Part shown: positions 37,017 through 49,343 of the stretch, piece by piece | How the letters are laid out: every line of letters begins with the position of its first letter | Position numbering within the stretch: the stretch's first letter is position 1 | NCBI GenBank assembly: GCA_965112735.1 | Contig: OZ218955.1 | Location: 496,001 to 560,000 of the forward strand | Direction of reading: 5' to 3' | Length of the DNA stretch: 64,000 nt | Source of the DNA: Phaeosaccion multiseriatum | Lineage: Eukaryota; Protista; Ochrophyta, other classes | The notes under the pieces: model-generated | Told to the model about the DNA's origin: nothing | Database searches by the model: none | The model's input: the letters and a program-made list of their open reading frames with translations, nothing else | Program-made: the position numbers and the translations under genes

Positions 37017-38009
37017 ATGCCACCCCCCCCGCAACAGCAGTGTAGGAGAGAGGAGAACTCCACAGCAGAGCAGGGGGGTTTAAGTTGTGCGCTGCCCCCG
37101 GAAAGTAATGACCTCCCTGTGGCTTCTGCTGCTGGATGCAGCGCCGGGGCAGCGGCCTTGAGGGTTGTGGCCAACAATCTCACAGACAAGACTCTGTGGG
37201 GCCTGTGCAAGGAGGTGGATGTGGAAACGTGCCGTCGTCTCATCTTCACCCACGGCACACCTGAAGATATCCTACAGCGTATGCTTGACATGCTGGAGCA
37301 GCAGAAGGCGCAAGAGGAGGCGATGCATGCTTTGTTGGCTTCTTATTCTTCTTCTCCTGGCTTGTGGAGGTCGGGAACGACTCGGGAACAATGCTCGCAG
37401 CAGGGGAAGAGAAGCTTCCGCGTTGCAGCGGTGCACCTCGGCCGCTTGCAACGCTTCGCGCCAGAATATAACGGTGTGCGACGACCGGGTGGTGATGAGG
37501 CCCTCACGAGGAAGGTCTTTGCGGTGTTGCCCACGTCGGTGAAGAAGGTCCGCTTTGGTGATGTCTTTTTTCGGCCGTGGGACCTCCTGCCTCCTGGGAT
37601 TGAGGAGCTGGAAATATGCGGTTGCCCCTGGCAAATGTGGCACAAACTTCTTTTCCTGCCTACTTCCCTGCGGGTTCTGAAGCTGCCACGGAATATTGAC
37701 TGTGTGGAGAATCTACCTGCTGGCCTGAGGGAGCTCACCCTTGGGGAGGGCTGCCCGTTCCCTGCAGACGTACCCGAGGGGCTGGAGGTGACCTACGTAA
37801 AACTACCCTGGAGCCCCCCCAAGAAGTATAGACCTCTTGATGCTGATTCCGACGACGACGACGACGAGGAGGAGAAGGAGGAGGAGAAGGAGGAGGAGGA
37901 GGAGGAGGAAGATTGGGTTGTGTACCGTACTTCCCCGATCCGCCATCTGGTCCGCCAGGTAGCCCGTGCTTTCAACGCCGCCCGTGGTACAGGAGGGCAC
38001 ATAGACTAA
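37017..38009 (+). CDS. Intronless FNIP-like repeat protein, copy 2; start uncertain
   Basis: Paralog of 31494-32549; a 1-nt difference in the C-run near 37023 changes which upstream ATG is in frame. Confidence 0.65.
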   Translation: MPPPPQQQCRREENSTAEQGGLSCALPPESNDLPVASAAGCSAGAAALRVVANNLTDKTLWGLCKEVDVETCRRLIFTHGTPEDILQRMLDMLEQQKAQEEAMHALLASYSSSPGLWRSGTTREQCSQQGKRSFRVAAVHLGRLQRFAPEYNGVRRPGGDEALTRKVFAVLPTSVKKVRFGDVFFRPWDLLPPGIEELEICGCPWQMWHKLLFLPTSLRVLKLPRNIDCVENLPAGLRELTLGEGCPFPADVPEGLEVTYVKLPWSPPKKYRPLDADSDDDDDEEEKEEEKEEEEEEEDWVVYRTSPIRHLVRQVARAFNAARGTGGHID

Positions 38010-38533
38010 AGGACGTAGCGAGATAACGCAATAACAGACGAGGCGAGCTGCCAGGCTGGTCTTTGGATCACAACTCCTCTGTATTGTCTAGTTCTTTTCC
38101 TTGCGAGGGAGGGGGGCTCAACTTGACCGTGATCGAGTGCCTCTTCGACGATTTCGACTCAACGACCCCCCCTTCACTCGTGCACTATCATAGTAGCCTC
38201 CTGGTTGAGAGAGCAAATAGCCCGGCCCAAGTCGCTCTACCCAAAAGCTGAACGTGGGCCCATCTCCAGAGTCCGCGCAGTGCTGCATCCCTCCTCGCCC
38301 CGTCACCGTCGAGACAGGCAATTCCCTCGATAGCCTGCTCTCTTCGAGCTTGAGTCATGCCGCTGGCCCTCCCACTGGCTTGCCACGAGTCCGCACACAC
38401 AGACACACCAATACACACATACACACAAATACACACATACACACATGCACACAAATGCACCTCGCCGCGTCGACGTAGCTGATGGATGTGAGGATGCGTC
38501 CGGAGAGGCAGGCGATGGCTTTTGAGCAGCTCC

Positions 38534-39741
38534 TCACCTGCGCAAGCAGCAACAGAGCCTCGAGCAAAGTTTGGGAGGATGCGCGACGGAGCCTTCCTGA
38601 CTCTCGGCGGGGCCTGTATGACGCTCGACGGGGCCTGCCTGACCCTCGATGCGGCTTGCCTGACCCTCGATGGGACGTCCCTGACCCTCGACGGGGCTTG
38701 CCCGACCCTCGATTCGACGCCTAATCTCGGGATGCAGCCGGTCACGCTGTGCCAGCTTTGACGCATCCAGCGAGGCGTGGGCCGCGATGAGCAGATCTGC
38801 AGCGCCAAAGTGCTTTACGCGAAGCATTTGCAGTAGAGCGGTGGTTCCCGACGTCGTCTCGGCATCAACATTCGACCCGCACCGATGAGACGACGGACCA
38901 CGTCGGCATGACATGTCAACTTTGTCACTGCTCTCGTACGAGGGTCTGATAGCACGGGCCTCACTGCGCTTCACTGCGCTGCTCGGGAAGGCCACGCCGA
39001 GGTGGTTGAGTACCTACTCGGTGCGATAGCTATTGTGGAGACCACTGGCACAGGTTATTCAATGCGCCTCGTGAATACAACCTCCTCAGATGGATCAACG
39101 CCTCTGCTTCTGGCTGCGCAGGAGGCAGAAGCAGAGGCGTTGATCCATCCGAGGAGGTTGTATTCACGAGGTACATTGAATAACCTGTGCCAGTGGTTTC
39201 CACAATAGCTGTCGCACCGAGTAGGCGCTCCACCACCTCGGCGTGGCCTTCCCGCGTAGCGCAGTGTGTGTGTGTGTGTGTGTGAAGCGCAGTGAGGCGC
39301 CTGCCATCAGACCCCCGTACGAGAGCAGTGACAAAGTTGACATCTTCCTCGCCCTGCATGTAGAGAAGTCGGTGCACCACGGTGGTATGTCCTGCAGTCG
39401 AAGCCATACGGAGCTGTGCGCTCCTTCCCACAAGGGATATGTTGGCATCTGCTTCGGCGGCCAGAAGCCGCGCCACGACCGCCTCATGGCCATTCCGCAT
39501 GGCCATTGTCAGTGGTGTGTCCTTGTCAAAGCACTCTCTAGAGACGACATTAGCCTCACGATCCAACAGATACTCCACCACGTCCAGCCGACCGTAGTAT
39601 GCAGCACAAGGTCGTGCCGCCGTGCGCTTCGATAGGCGAGTTTACGTCGGATTCGGGGTGAGCGGATAAGAGCTTTGCCAAGCTCGAATGGACTTCCTCC
39701 AAGCCGGAGCCTTCGCTGATGGTCTGACGGAGTTGTCCCGT
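38534..39741 (-). pseudogene. Ankyrin-repeat pseudogene (paralog of 33082-34167)
   Basis: 5-nt deletion near 39605, (CA)n insertion near 39265-39283, and an internal ~200-bp inverted duplication. Confidence 0.85.
38913..39343. repeat. Long inverted repeat: arms 38913-39112 and 39126-39343, 13-nt loop
   Basis: Arms are reverse-complementary with roughly 15 mismatches (by eye) plus a (GT)n bulge. Confidence 0.95.
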
Positions 39742-40565
39742 CTGCAGGGAGATCGAAAAGTGGAGTCAAAGAGACAAAACGACGTAGAACAGTGTTATTG
39801 GAAGGGGGGAAGACAGGCAAGCTAGCAGCAATTCCTCGACATAGAATACATAGGGCTACATGCCGTTGCCTGCTCGTGTTTCCGTCCTCGCATGAACTCA
39901 GTTCGCCCCAAACCCTCCCCCTCTCCATTTCTCTTTCCCCTTACTGCTTTTGGTACCTCACTGCGGGGGGTCATTACCTGCGATGATTGTATAAACTGCC
40001 TCTTCAGCTGTTCCTCCAAGCTTCCCCGTGCCCCCTTCCTGAGAGCATCATGGCCATAACGTCCTCCCCAGACCCTTGGTATGGGGGGGGGGTAGCGCCG
40101 CCTGTCTTCATGTTGTGGGCGGGCCGTAGGGAGGCCTTTGCCGCCTTGCTTCGATCCTCACCCACCCTAGGTCTTCCGACGGATGGGCCCTCGCGCAGGT
40201 CGCCTCCCCCCGCAGTCAGTAGCGCCGCCCGCTCCACCTTGCTTCGATCCCACACCATCCTGGGCCTCCGCCTGAGCGAGAATGGGCCCTCAGCTCCCCT
40301 TCTCTAAGTTGTAGTCCTCCAGTCCTCCAGATATCCCCGTAAATAGAGCCACCCGCTCCGCCTTGCTTCGATCCCACACCACCTTAGGCCTTCCGTCTGC
40401 GCGAGGATCAGCTCCTCTTATCTGAGCTGTAGTCCTCCGGTCCTCCAGCTCTCTCTCCGCAGCCAGCGTCTGACGTGGCGCCAAGACGCCCCAGGGGGTG
40501 CCGGCCTTTAACATTCCAAATCTGGGCTGTGTTCTCGTGGGGGAAAACGGGGGGGGGGAGTCGGG

Positions 40566-43500
40566 ATGAAGAGGACCAACCCCTACAGCAGTAGCAGCAG
40601 CTTCAGCACGGATGGCCTCGATGATCCTAGCTCAGTCGCGCAGCATCAGCAAGCCGAACAAACGTCCTACGAGCAACATGGTGAAAACGACTCGAGGCAG
40701 GGGAGCCGTTTGGTACGTGGGAACACCAAAGCGTACGATGTGGACGAGAGAGGAGGAGAGCTGCGGCGGGACCTAGAGCATGGCTGGGATAAGGGGGGAG
40801 GCCGCGAAGATGGAGCCACGGGGTGGCAGGGGCGAGGTGGAGAGCCTCTCGAGGAGGCGGGAACTGGCCAAGGCAAGAGGCAGAGGGGACCGGGGGTTCT
40901 GGGGGCAAGGCCACGAGGCGGAGGAGGAGGAGGCGGCGAAGTAGGGGACAGAGCTGACCAAGATGAGCGAGAGCGCGACGAGTATGAACAAGGCCGGCTC
41001 GGTGGGGGTCGGAGAGCGGCGGCGCATCGTCATCGCTCCGAGTGGACGCAACAGAGCACCGCAACGGGTGGAGCACACTCCCGTACCCAGGCCCGCGTGC
41101 CTCCGCGTAGTGGAGCTGGTCAGGGCTGGGGGCCCAACGACGGCTTTGCCTCGGGCCCGCAAGGCCCGCGGTCGCAGCGGGAAGCTCCGTTGAGTCAGCA
41201 TGATGATGTCCGCGTGGAGGGAGACGAAGACGACGGGGCAGTCATGGCGCTCTGCTTACAGAAGGTGAGCGGCGGGACATGGCGGCGATACACTTATCTA
41301 TCCCTTAGTCACCCTCTTTTGCCCCACTGATCCAGTTTCTCTCTACCTACTGCTGCCCTACGACACGAGCTGCGGGGTACTAACGCACCCTAACCACACT
41401 GTGCCCCTGCGTGCTCTGGTAACACGCACGCGGCTGTGCTGCCGAGCAGGACCGCCTCGGACTGGCAATCTACTTGCCGCTGGAGAACGTGATCCAAGTG
41501 GAGGAGGTGCCCGCTTTCCAAGCAGGTGTGCGGCGGCCACGTCTCTCTCATTGACCCGCCGATCGGGCCCTCCATCCCCTCACCCCGACCCGCCCCGCTG
41601 ACCTTCACCAACGCTGCGCGTGGCTGATGCCCGCCTTGTCCCCTCTCCCGCTGTACTGTGTTCCTGGCCAGACATGGTGGAGACTCTGGACTGCCTCAAG
41701 GCCTCTGTGTGCCCTTCTCTACTTCTCTTCCCCAAGCCCATGACCGCGAACAAGGACCTGCTGCACATGCTCACACGAAGGCCCTCCACCGCCCTCGTGC
41801 AGGAAGCAGCCATGGTACGTACGTGCGGCGCATGTGTGCGGCGCAGTGTGCGAGCGTGTGTGCGTGGGTGAGTGGCCTCACGTCCTTGCGATCTCTCATC
41901 CTCCTACAACACAACGTCTCCTGCTTTCATAACATGCCTTGAAAACGGCGGCGCTGCTCCTGGACACAGGAGGACGCGTCGGCTCAGCAGCAGCAGCAAA
42001 CGCAGCAGCAGCCCAGCAGCCCGCTGGAGCCCATACCGCACAAAGTGTCTAAGAAGACGGACTGGGACTTCCAAAGCGCCGTCCGTCTCATCTGCACCCA
42101 TCTCCGACTGAGAGACCTCATGCGTGCGGATGCCAGGCAGAGGAAGGCAGCGGGGGCGGCAGGTAGGGGCTTTCGTGCGAATATGGAAGAGGAAGCAGAC
42201 GAGGTAAGCAGAGGCTCAGCGTGAGTGAGTGGGTAGGGTGGTGGCTGGAGGCAAAGCAACCATCGCGAAAGAGGGACGAAGAGGCAACCTAACACAAGAC
42301 TTGCTTCCTCGACCTTATTCCCCTCTCCGGCTCACGACTCGGCGCACACGCACACACCCACAGAGCCCCAGCGAGGGCATGAGTCGCATGAGCGCGGTGC
42401 TGAACTTTGAAGCCACAACTGCGGTCCGTGCCTTGGGAGCCCTCATGGTCCATCTGCAGGTGGGTAGCTGAGCGCGGCTGGGTGTGTTGTCGTACCTGTC
42501 CAACTCATGCTTCGTGCGTATGTTCTTCTCTCGCTCCTTCTCTCTCTCTCTCACCACCCGGCCGCGTTGTGTGTGTATGTGTTCGTGCGTGCCCCAAGGC
42601 CACGGTGTTCTCCCTTGAGCCCGACGGAGACGTGACGGTGAACTCTCTCCGGGGCGTGGCCGCTCTCAAGTGCATGCGGGTGGACGCTCTCACCCTCCGC
42701 AGCCTCGGCATCTTCGCGGAGGAGAGGCACCCCGCAGCGCAGGTACACGTCAGTTACACGTCTCGGGAAGGAATGGCATTCGTGCGTCAGTGTGTCCGTG
42801 CGTGCGTGTGAGCGTGCTACGCGTGGTGTCATGGCGTGGAGTGGCGGCTGTGTGGACGATGAAGAGCGCAGCGTCTCACTTTTCTCTCTCGCTCTTGCTC
42901 GGACGGAAGCGGTGCCGCTGACGGGCTGCATCCTCTTGCATCGTTGTCAGGCCCTCGGGGGAAGGAGTAGCGGCTCCAAGGAGGGCTTCTCCGTGTTCGG
43001 ACTCTTCGCGAGGGGCCACTGCGTCACCGGGAAGAAGGTGTGTGGGCGCGTGTGTGGGTGCATGTGTGCGTGCTGAGCCGCCTCTCTCTCTCTTTCGAGT
43101 CAAATCTCTCCTGACGCAGCGACCACCACCCACCACTCCCCCCTCGCACTATGGCGCAATGGCTCAGATGCTGAAGGAGTTCTTCCTGAAACCGTCGCTG
43201 GACTGTGATGTCATCACCTTCCGCCAAGACGGGGTGGAGCTGCTGGGCATGGCGGAGCACGGGGAGGTGTGCAGGCAGATGGCCAAGCTGCTCAAGCGCT
43301 TCCACGACATTCCCAGGTGGGTGCGCCCGTGAATGGTTGGGAAGGAAGAAGGGGGGGAGCGTGGGTATGTGAGTGGTGGCAGGAGGAAGTGAGCGCCACG
43401 AGGTGGGGCGGAGAGAGATGGAAGTGAATACCCCTCGCCGGGGCAGCCTGGTGGTGTGAGGCCTGTTGTAGACTGAGCTAGAGTCGTCCAAAGCGCCGGT

Positions 43501-46500
43501 CATGGGCTGTGTGCTATCATCGAATTGACTCCTCAGCACGGCGGTCTGAGCGATTGTGTTCGGCACTGCTCGTGTGCGTTGCTGCTGCTCAATGCGTGAG
43601 TGCGTCTCGCTCGCTTCATGTTGTCCATCCTCCCACCCTCGGGACTCGCCCACCCCCTGGGGACTACCCCCCCTCGGGACTCCATCCCGTGGCTGCATGC
43701 AGGATCATGATGCGCTTGAAGAAAGTGGCGGCGACGAGCCTGGACTGGTGCCGCTTGTGCCAGTCCTGCGAGGTGCGTGCATGCGTGCGTGCGTGCGAAG
43801 CGAATAGTCTAGAGCTCTTAGTCAGCGACCGATGTGCAAGGGACGCCATCCTTCTCTTTAGTCGTGGGGGGCACCACACTGGGGCAAACTAAGACTTCAG
43901 TAGAAGGTCATGCTTGCTCGCTCCTCGACTCGCTCTGATGGGCTTGATCGCCCGCTGCCCCCCCTCCTTTCCGCCTACCCTCCGCGGGGGTCTCTCCAGG
44001 CTGCGCTGGGACTCCGAGACGTCATGCTACTCCTGCGCTCTCGAGTGATGAACTTGGTGGAGAGGGGAGGGGGCACGCATCACCTCGAGCACCTGGGCCC
44101 GCAGCAGCAGCAGCAGCAGCAGAGGCACCTCTCGCACGTGGAGTTCTTGGACGACATTGCGGGGAGGGTCGAGGCTGTGAGCCTTCGGCGCTGTGTGCAG
44201 CTCCTGTCCAGCACTATCGACCTTCAGGTGAGTGCGTGTCTTCCCTCTGCCCTCACCCAACACGCCAGCCAAGAGAGTGGGAGTGACTTTGTTGGCCGAG
44301 TGACTCGCTGAGCCTTCGCGGTTACGTTTTGCGAGCTCGTTGACACCGGGAGAATTTCGGGCTGCCTTTCGCCTTGCCCATCTGATAACTTTCGCCCCTC
44401 GCTCCTCCCTCCTCTGTCCTACTCCTCGCTGCTGCTGCTCTCCTTCGCTTGTCAGTCCACCCTGGAGCAGAAGGAGCTGGTGATCTGCCCCGGAGCGTGC
44501 CCCCAGCTTGACGAGCTGAAGGCCAAGTACGACGGGCTTGACTGCACCCTCAGAGAGGCGAGTGACGCACCTATGGCAGCCTATGGCAGCAGCCTCCTCA
44601 TCCAAATCGCGCACTTGCCCGCCTTGCGGGTACTCTGGGCAGCCCCTCGCCTTCTCTCCTCGCTTATTCATCAAGTCTTCGCTCTCCCTCTGGCGAACTC
44701 CCGTTATCCTCCCTCTCCTCACCCCTGCACCCCTGCGCTGCTCCTGGACGGGTCGTGATCTGACTCTGGAACTGCGCTGGACTTTTCGCGACCTGCCTCT
44801 GTCGATGCCCATGGCCATGCCCCTGCCCCTGCCCATATGCCTGCACCGGCCATTCTGCGCAGGTGGGTGAGGTGGTGCTGCGCGACAATCCGCTGCTCGA
44901 CGAGCTCAGTGTGGAGTACTTCCCGCAGATCGGATTCCTCGTGGCGGTGAGTGCACGAGTGTCTGTGTGCGTGTGTGTGTGTGGTGGTGGAGGAAAGCAG
45001 TGAGTCGCTCCACTCAAAACGGAGCTTGGCTTGATCCACACACGCACGCACACGCGGCCGTATCCCGTGTCTAGTGCTCCCACTTGCACGCTCTCACGCG
45101 CTCTGCACGCTCAGCCATGGACATACGTTGCGCCCCTCGCCCCCCCTTCTCAACCATTGACATACTCTTGCCCCTCACCCCTCCCCCCTCGCTCGATAGG
45201 TCGGCGTGCAGAGCAGGCAGTATGTCTCCCCGTCGCACTTCTGCTTCGCCTTCAACGTCGGAGACATTGATTACTACAAGACGGTGCGTGTCCCTCCCTG
45301 CGCTGCTCATTTCAGAGAGGAGTCGTCGTGTGCGTGCGCGCGCGTTCTGCCGCCCTCGATTCGTCCTCCCCGACTGAGCTTGACCGCGTACAGTTCCCGT
45401 CTCCCCTCTCCTTTCCCCTCCTCCCCTCCTCTCATCTCCTCTTCTCCCTCTCTACTCTCCCCTCGCTCCTCTCCTCTCCTCTCCTCTCCCCCCTCCCCTC
45501 GCTCCTAACCTCTCCCTTCCCCCTCTCCCCCGGCCTTGGAAGAGCAGGCCCACACGGAGGAGCTGGACCAGAGCATCGGCGACATCCAGGCAGACATGGC
45601 GGACACTCGCAGCGCGTTGCTGAGGGAGCTGGAGGAGTACGTGCTCTGTGAGGAGCAGCCCCTACAGGAGTCCACTGCGGCGCTGTCGGAGCTCGACGCG
45701 GTAAGTAGGCACCCCCTGCTTGGACCGCACACGCACGCACAGACACACAGACACATGCAAGCACGCACGCACGCACTCACACTCGCTGGGAGGGACCCGC
45801 GTGTCAGGAGTCGTGCGGGCTTTATGCTTCTTTAGTAAGGACGACAATTATTAGCCCATGGCGGCGCTGCTCCTGATTCTTGACTAATGTCACAACTTCC
45901 CGAGCCGAGGCCTCTCGCTCACGTGTGTGCCTGCTTGTCCTTGTCCCTGTCCCGCTACCCTTCGCTGCCCTGCTTTCCCTCACGCGCCGCCTCGCTGTCC
46001 TCGCTGACCGCCTCGCTTGGGTGTCGCGGGGCTCCGCTCAGATTATGGCAATGGCGAGTGTGGCGTCCGATTTTGGCTTCCGACGGCCGAAGATGGTGAA
46101 GGAGAGCGTCGTGATCATCAAGGACGGAGCTCACCCGCTGCAGACGCTCGTCGTCGACACCTTCATCCCCAATGTGAGAGCGCGAGGCCAAGACGAAGAG
46201 AAGCTCTCCACCATCCACTATCCACTGTCCCGAACGCCACACAGAAGAGGAGGTCCAACTGACCCACACATACTCACCTCACGTACTCACGTACTTACAT
46301 TGCAAAACTGACTCCACAATACCGATGGTCGACCATGATCTCCCTTTCTGACTGTTTGGTGCGGTGGGGTTCGGCTCGGCTCGACTCTGTCTTTGAACAA
46401 CCACAGGACACCTACCTCACCCCCGCCAGCCGAGTGGGTATCATCACGGGGGCCAACAGCAGCGGTAAGTCCGTGTACCTCAAGCAAGTGGGCGTGCTCG

Positions 46501-49343
46501 TGCTGCTCGCGCATGTTGGGAGCTTCATTCCATGCTCCAACGCCATCATCGGCCTCACCGGGCGCATCCTTACGCGCATCAGCTCCGTCGAGACAGCGAG
46601 GTGTGTGGATGTGAGATTGAGAGCAACGCCCCACCGTACACTCACTATGCCCTCTTGGCTGCTGCTGCTCCTCTTGTGCGACTCTCCGCCTACCGCTCCC
46701 AACCGTTCTCTCTCCACGGAGTGAGCAGCCTTCCGCAGTCGTCCTTCGCCATCGATCTGGCGCAGGTGGCAAGGATGATTCATCTCCCGGGGAGTGGCAG
46801 ACCGAGCCCTGCCCCTGACCCCGGCCACGCCACTGGCACCGACGCCGGCAGTGGTGTTTCTCAGGCCCCTGAGGGCTCACATGTGTCGTCTCTGCTCCTC
46901 ATTGACGAGTTCGGCAAAGGCACCAACCCCACGGACGGAGTGTCGCTCATGGCGGCAGGTGAGCTTCTGCAGGACCGTCAAGAGGCACCAAATAGCCCAG
47001 GGTGGGGGAAGGGGCAACTAGGCTCGCTCTCGTTCCGCCTTGCCACTAAGGCGTGCTGGGTGGCTGCTTGACACTACTTGACACCATACCACACTGCCTG
47101 CCCCAAACCCCTAATTCTCCTCCTCCCCTCCTTGGCGGTCTGGCCACTGGCCTCGCTTGGCTCGTCTGGCTTTCTCTCGCTGGGTGGCAGTCATCAAGCA
47201 CTTCGCCAACCGTCGCGACGACGTGCACGTGCTGGCCACCCTCCACTTCCACGAGATCTTCCAAAGGGTAAGTACGTAGTAAAGTAAGTGCCAGCTATGG
47301 CTACTGTGAGGCCTAGCGGGCATCGAGGAGGCAGTTGCTGCAAATGGCATGACTTGACTCTCTCCTTGCCCTTCTTCACACGCACACACTCACGCACGCA
47401 AACACGCCCCCCCCTCTCGGCCTCTCTGTCTCTCTCTGTCACTCTCTGCCCTCTTGGCTATGTACCTTTGCCCTACGGACGGTACGGACGGGGTGGCGTG
47501 ACGCGTGGTGTGGCAGGGTGTGCTGGGGCGGGTGCGAGCCAACGGAGAGGTGGAGGGCCTGCCCCGTGTTCGCGTATATCGTATGGATGTGCACGTTACT
47601 CCAGCAGCGAGGTAAGCACGTCCTCAAGCTTACTCAGCGAGCACACTCGAGTGCGTGCGTGTGTGGACTCGTCCCTTTGGCTGGCCGCCCGTTGCGAGGC
47701 AGCCTAGGCTTGTGCTTCATCACGGCTCGAAGCATCGCTGGCGGTAGGCAGGCGCTTCTCCCTCTTTGCCTCTTCCAACTCAACACACACATACGCAAAC
47801 GCACACACACACACACGTACACCCACACGCACACGTACACGTGCACACGCGTGCACACAGGCGCAGACTGCGAGGAGGAGGGCGAGAGCTGTTGCTGGGC
47901 GAGGAGGACGGCGACTTTGAGGCTGAGGGTGGAGAACACGGCGGCCCTGCCAGCTTTGACGACGAGAACGGGGACCCCACACCCCTGTACAAGCTCGTCA
48001 CAGGGGCCGTGGGCAAGTCTTTCGGGGTGGCTTGCGCGAGGATGGCAGGGTAAGGCGAGGAGGGATGGCAGCAGGGGGTAGAAGAAGGCCAGCCGCACAT
48101 TGCTCGAAAGAAAGGGGAGGTCCAAGAGTTAGTCAGTGATATCACTGGGCGCATTCACTTGCTTCATATGCCTAGCTCCGTGTATGCATATGGCGGGGTC
48201 ATACTTAAGGAAAGGTCCTTTTCGCTCGTGTTATCCCTGGGTAAAGAGCAGGGCTCTTTCTCCGTCGTGACGTCTGTCCCGTCCGTCTTCGTACATCTCA
48301 TCCTTGCTTGTGGCTGGCCTGACTCGCTCCTGCACCACTCTCTCACTCATCCCTGGACCAGAGTGCCCGAGGCTGTCCTGGCGAGGGCAGAGACGGTGGA
48401 GCGCAGCATCGCCATCGGTCAGGGGCTGAGACCCGCTCAGGACCACCGCCACAGGCTCAGCGGCAGGCCTCTGCCCGTCCAGCACACCGCCCTGTCAGAG
48501 GCAGAGCTCGGTGAGGATGACCAGGACGGCGGCAGGGCAGGCAAGAGCAATGTGGGCGCGGGCGCGGCATTGGCCTTTGCGCCTTTTGCCACAGTGGGCG
48601 GTGACAATACAGGAGGAGCAGCAGCAGGAGGAGGAGGAGGAGGGCCCGACGGAAGAGGTGGCGGGGGGGCACAGGACTGTGAGAGGGGCAGGGTGTGTGA
48701 CCAGGCGATGAGGCGGAGTCTGAAGCTTGTCCTCAGCGGGACGGAGCCTTGGCTGACCTGTCCCAAGCGGCAGCTCGACGACCTCGTGCTGTCCATGGAG
48801 CAGCTCTTGGCCACTACCCGCAGTGGTGCTGCCACGACTATGACTACAGCTAGTAGGAGGAGAAGTAGTGGGGGCACAGCTGCAGGACTGAGTGATGGTG
48901 GCGGTGGTGGTAGAGGAGGAGGAGGAGGAGGAGGAGGAGGAGGAGGAGGAGGAGGAGGAGGAGGAGGAGGAGGAGGAGGAGGAGGAGGAGGAGGAGGAGA
49001 AGGAGGAGAAGGAGGAGAAGGAGAAGGAGAAGGAGGGGGAGAAGGAGGAGGAGGGGGAGAACGAGGAGGAGGAGAAGGACAAGGAGAAGGAGGGGGAGAA
49101 GGAGGAGACACAGCTGCTGTGTCTGTCCTAGGGTCGCGTGGCAATGGTCCTGCCAGTGGTGTTGGTGATGGGGTCAAGAGAGCTGGGGTGGAGAGGATAC
49201 TGCCGCCCGACGGAGGGAGTCGGGCTCCCAGCGGAGATGCCGAGGACGGTGCTGAAAGCGGTGCTACTGACGGTGCCAGTCCCTGTCCCGAGGAGGTGCT
49301 GTGCGACTCTATGGCTGGGGGGCTCCCAAGCAACACGGGGTAG
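40566..49343 (+). CDS. MSH5: Meiosis-specific MutS homolog 5, ~20 exons, Gly-rich C-terminal extension
   Basis: AVRALGALMVHL; VDALTLRSLGIFAEERHP; KEGFSVFGLF; HPLQTLVVDTFIPN; Walker A IITGANSSGKSVYLKQVG; SSFAIDLAQV; LLLIDEFGKGT; TLHFHEI; PLYKL..G....SFGVACARMAG, all in MSH5-type wording. Confidence 0.95.

Larger units (their letters stand above)
36862..41551 (+). repeat. Segmental duplication, copy 2 (FNIP-like gene, ankyrin pseudogene, functional MSH5 5' end)
   Basis: Collinear with 31367-35897. Confidence 0.95.

Noticed and set aside
31367-41551. Duplicated blocks as the LTRs of a retrotransposon, or as an endogenous virus
   Set aside because: Blocks contain host genes (MSH5 exons), lack TG..CA ends and PBS/PPT, and no gag/pol, capsid or other viral hallmark gene is visible
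48437-49336. 299-aa proline-rich extensin-like ORF on the minus strand
   Set aside because: Antisense shadow of the (GGA)n-rich last exon of MSH5
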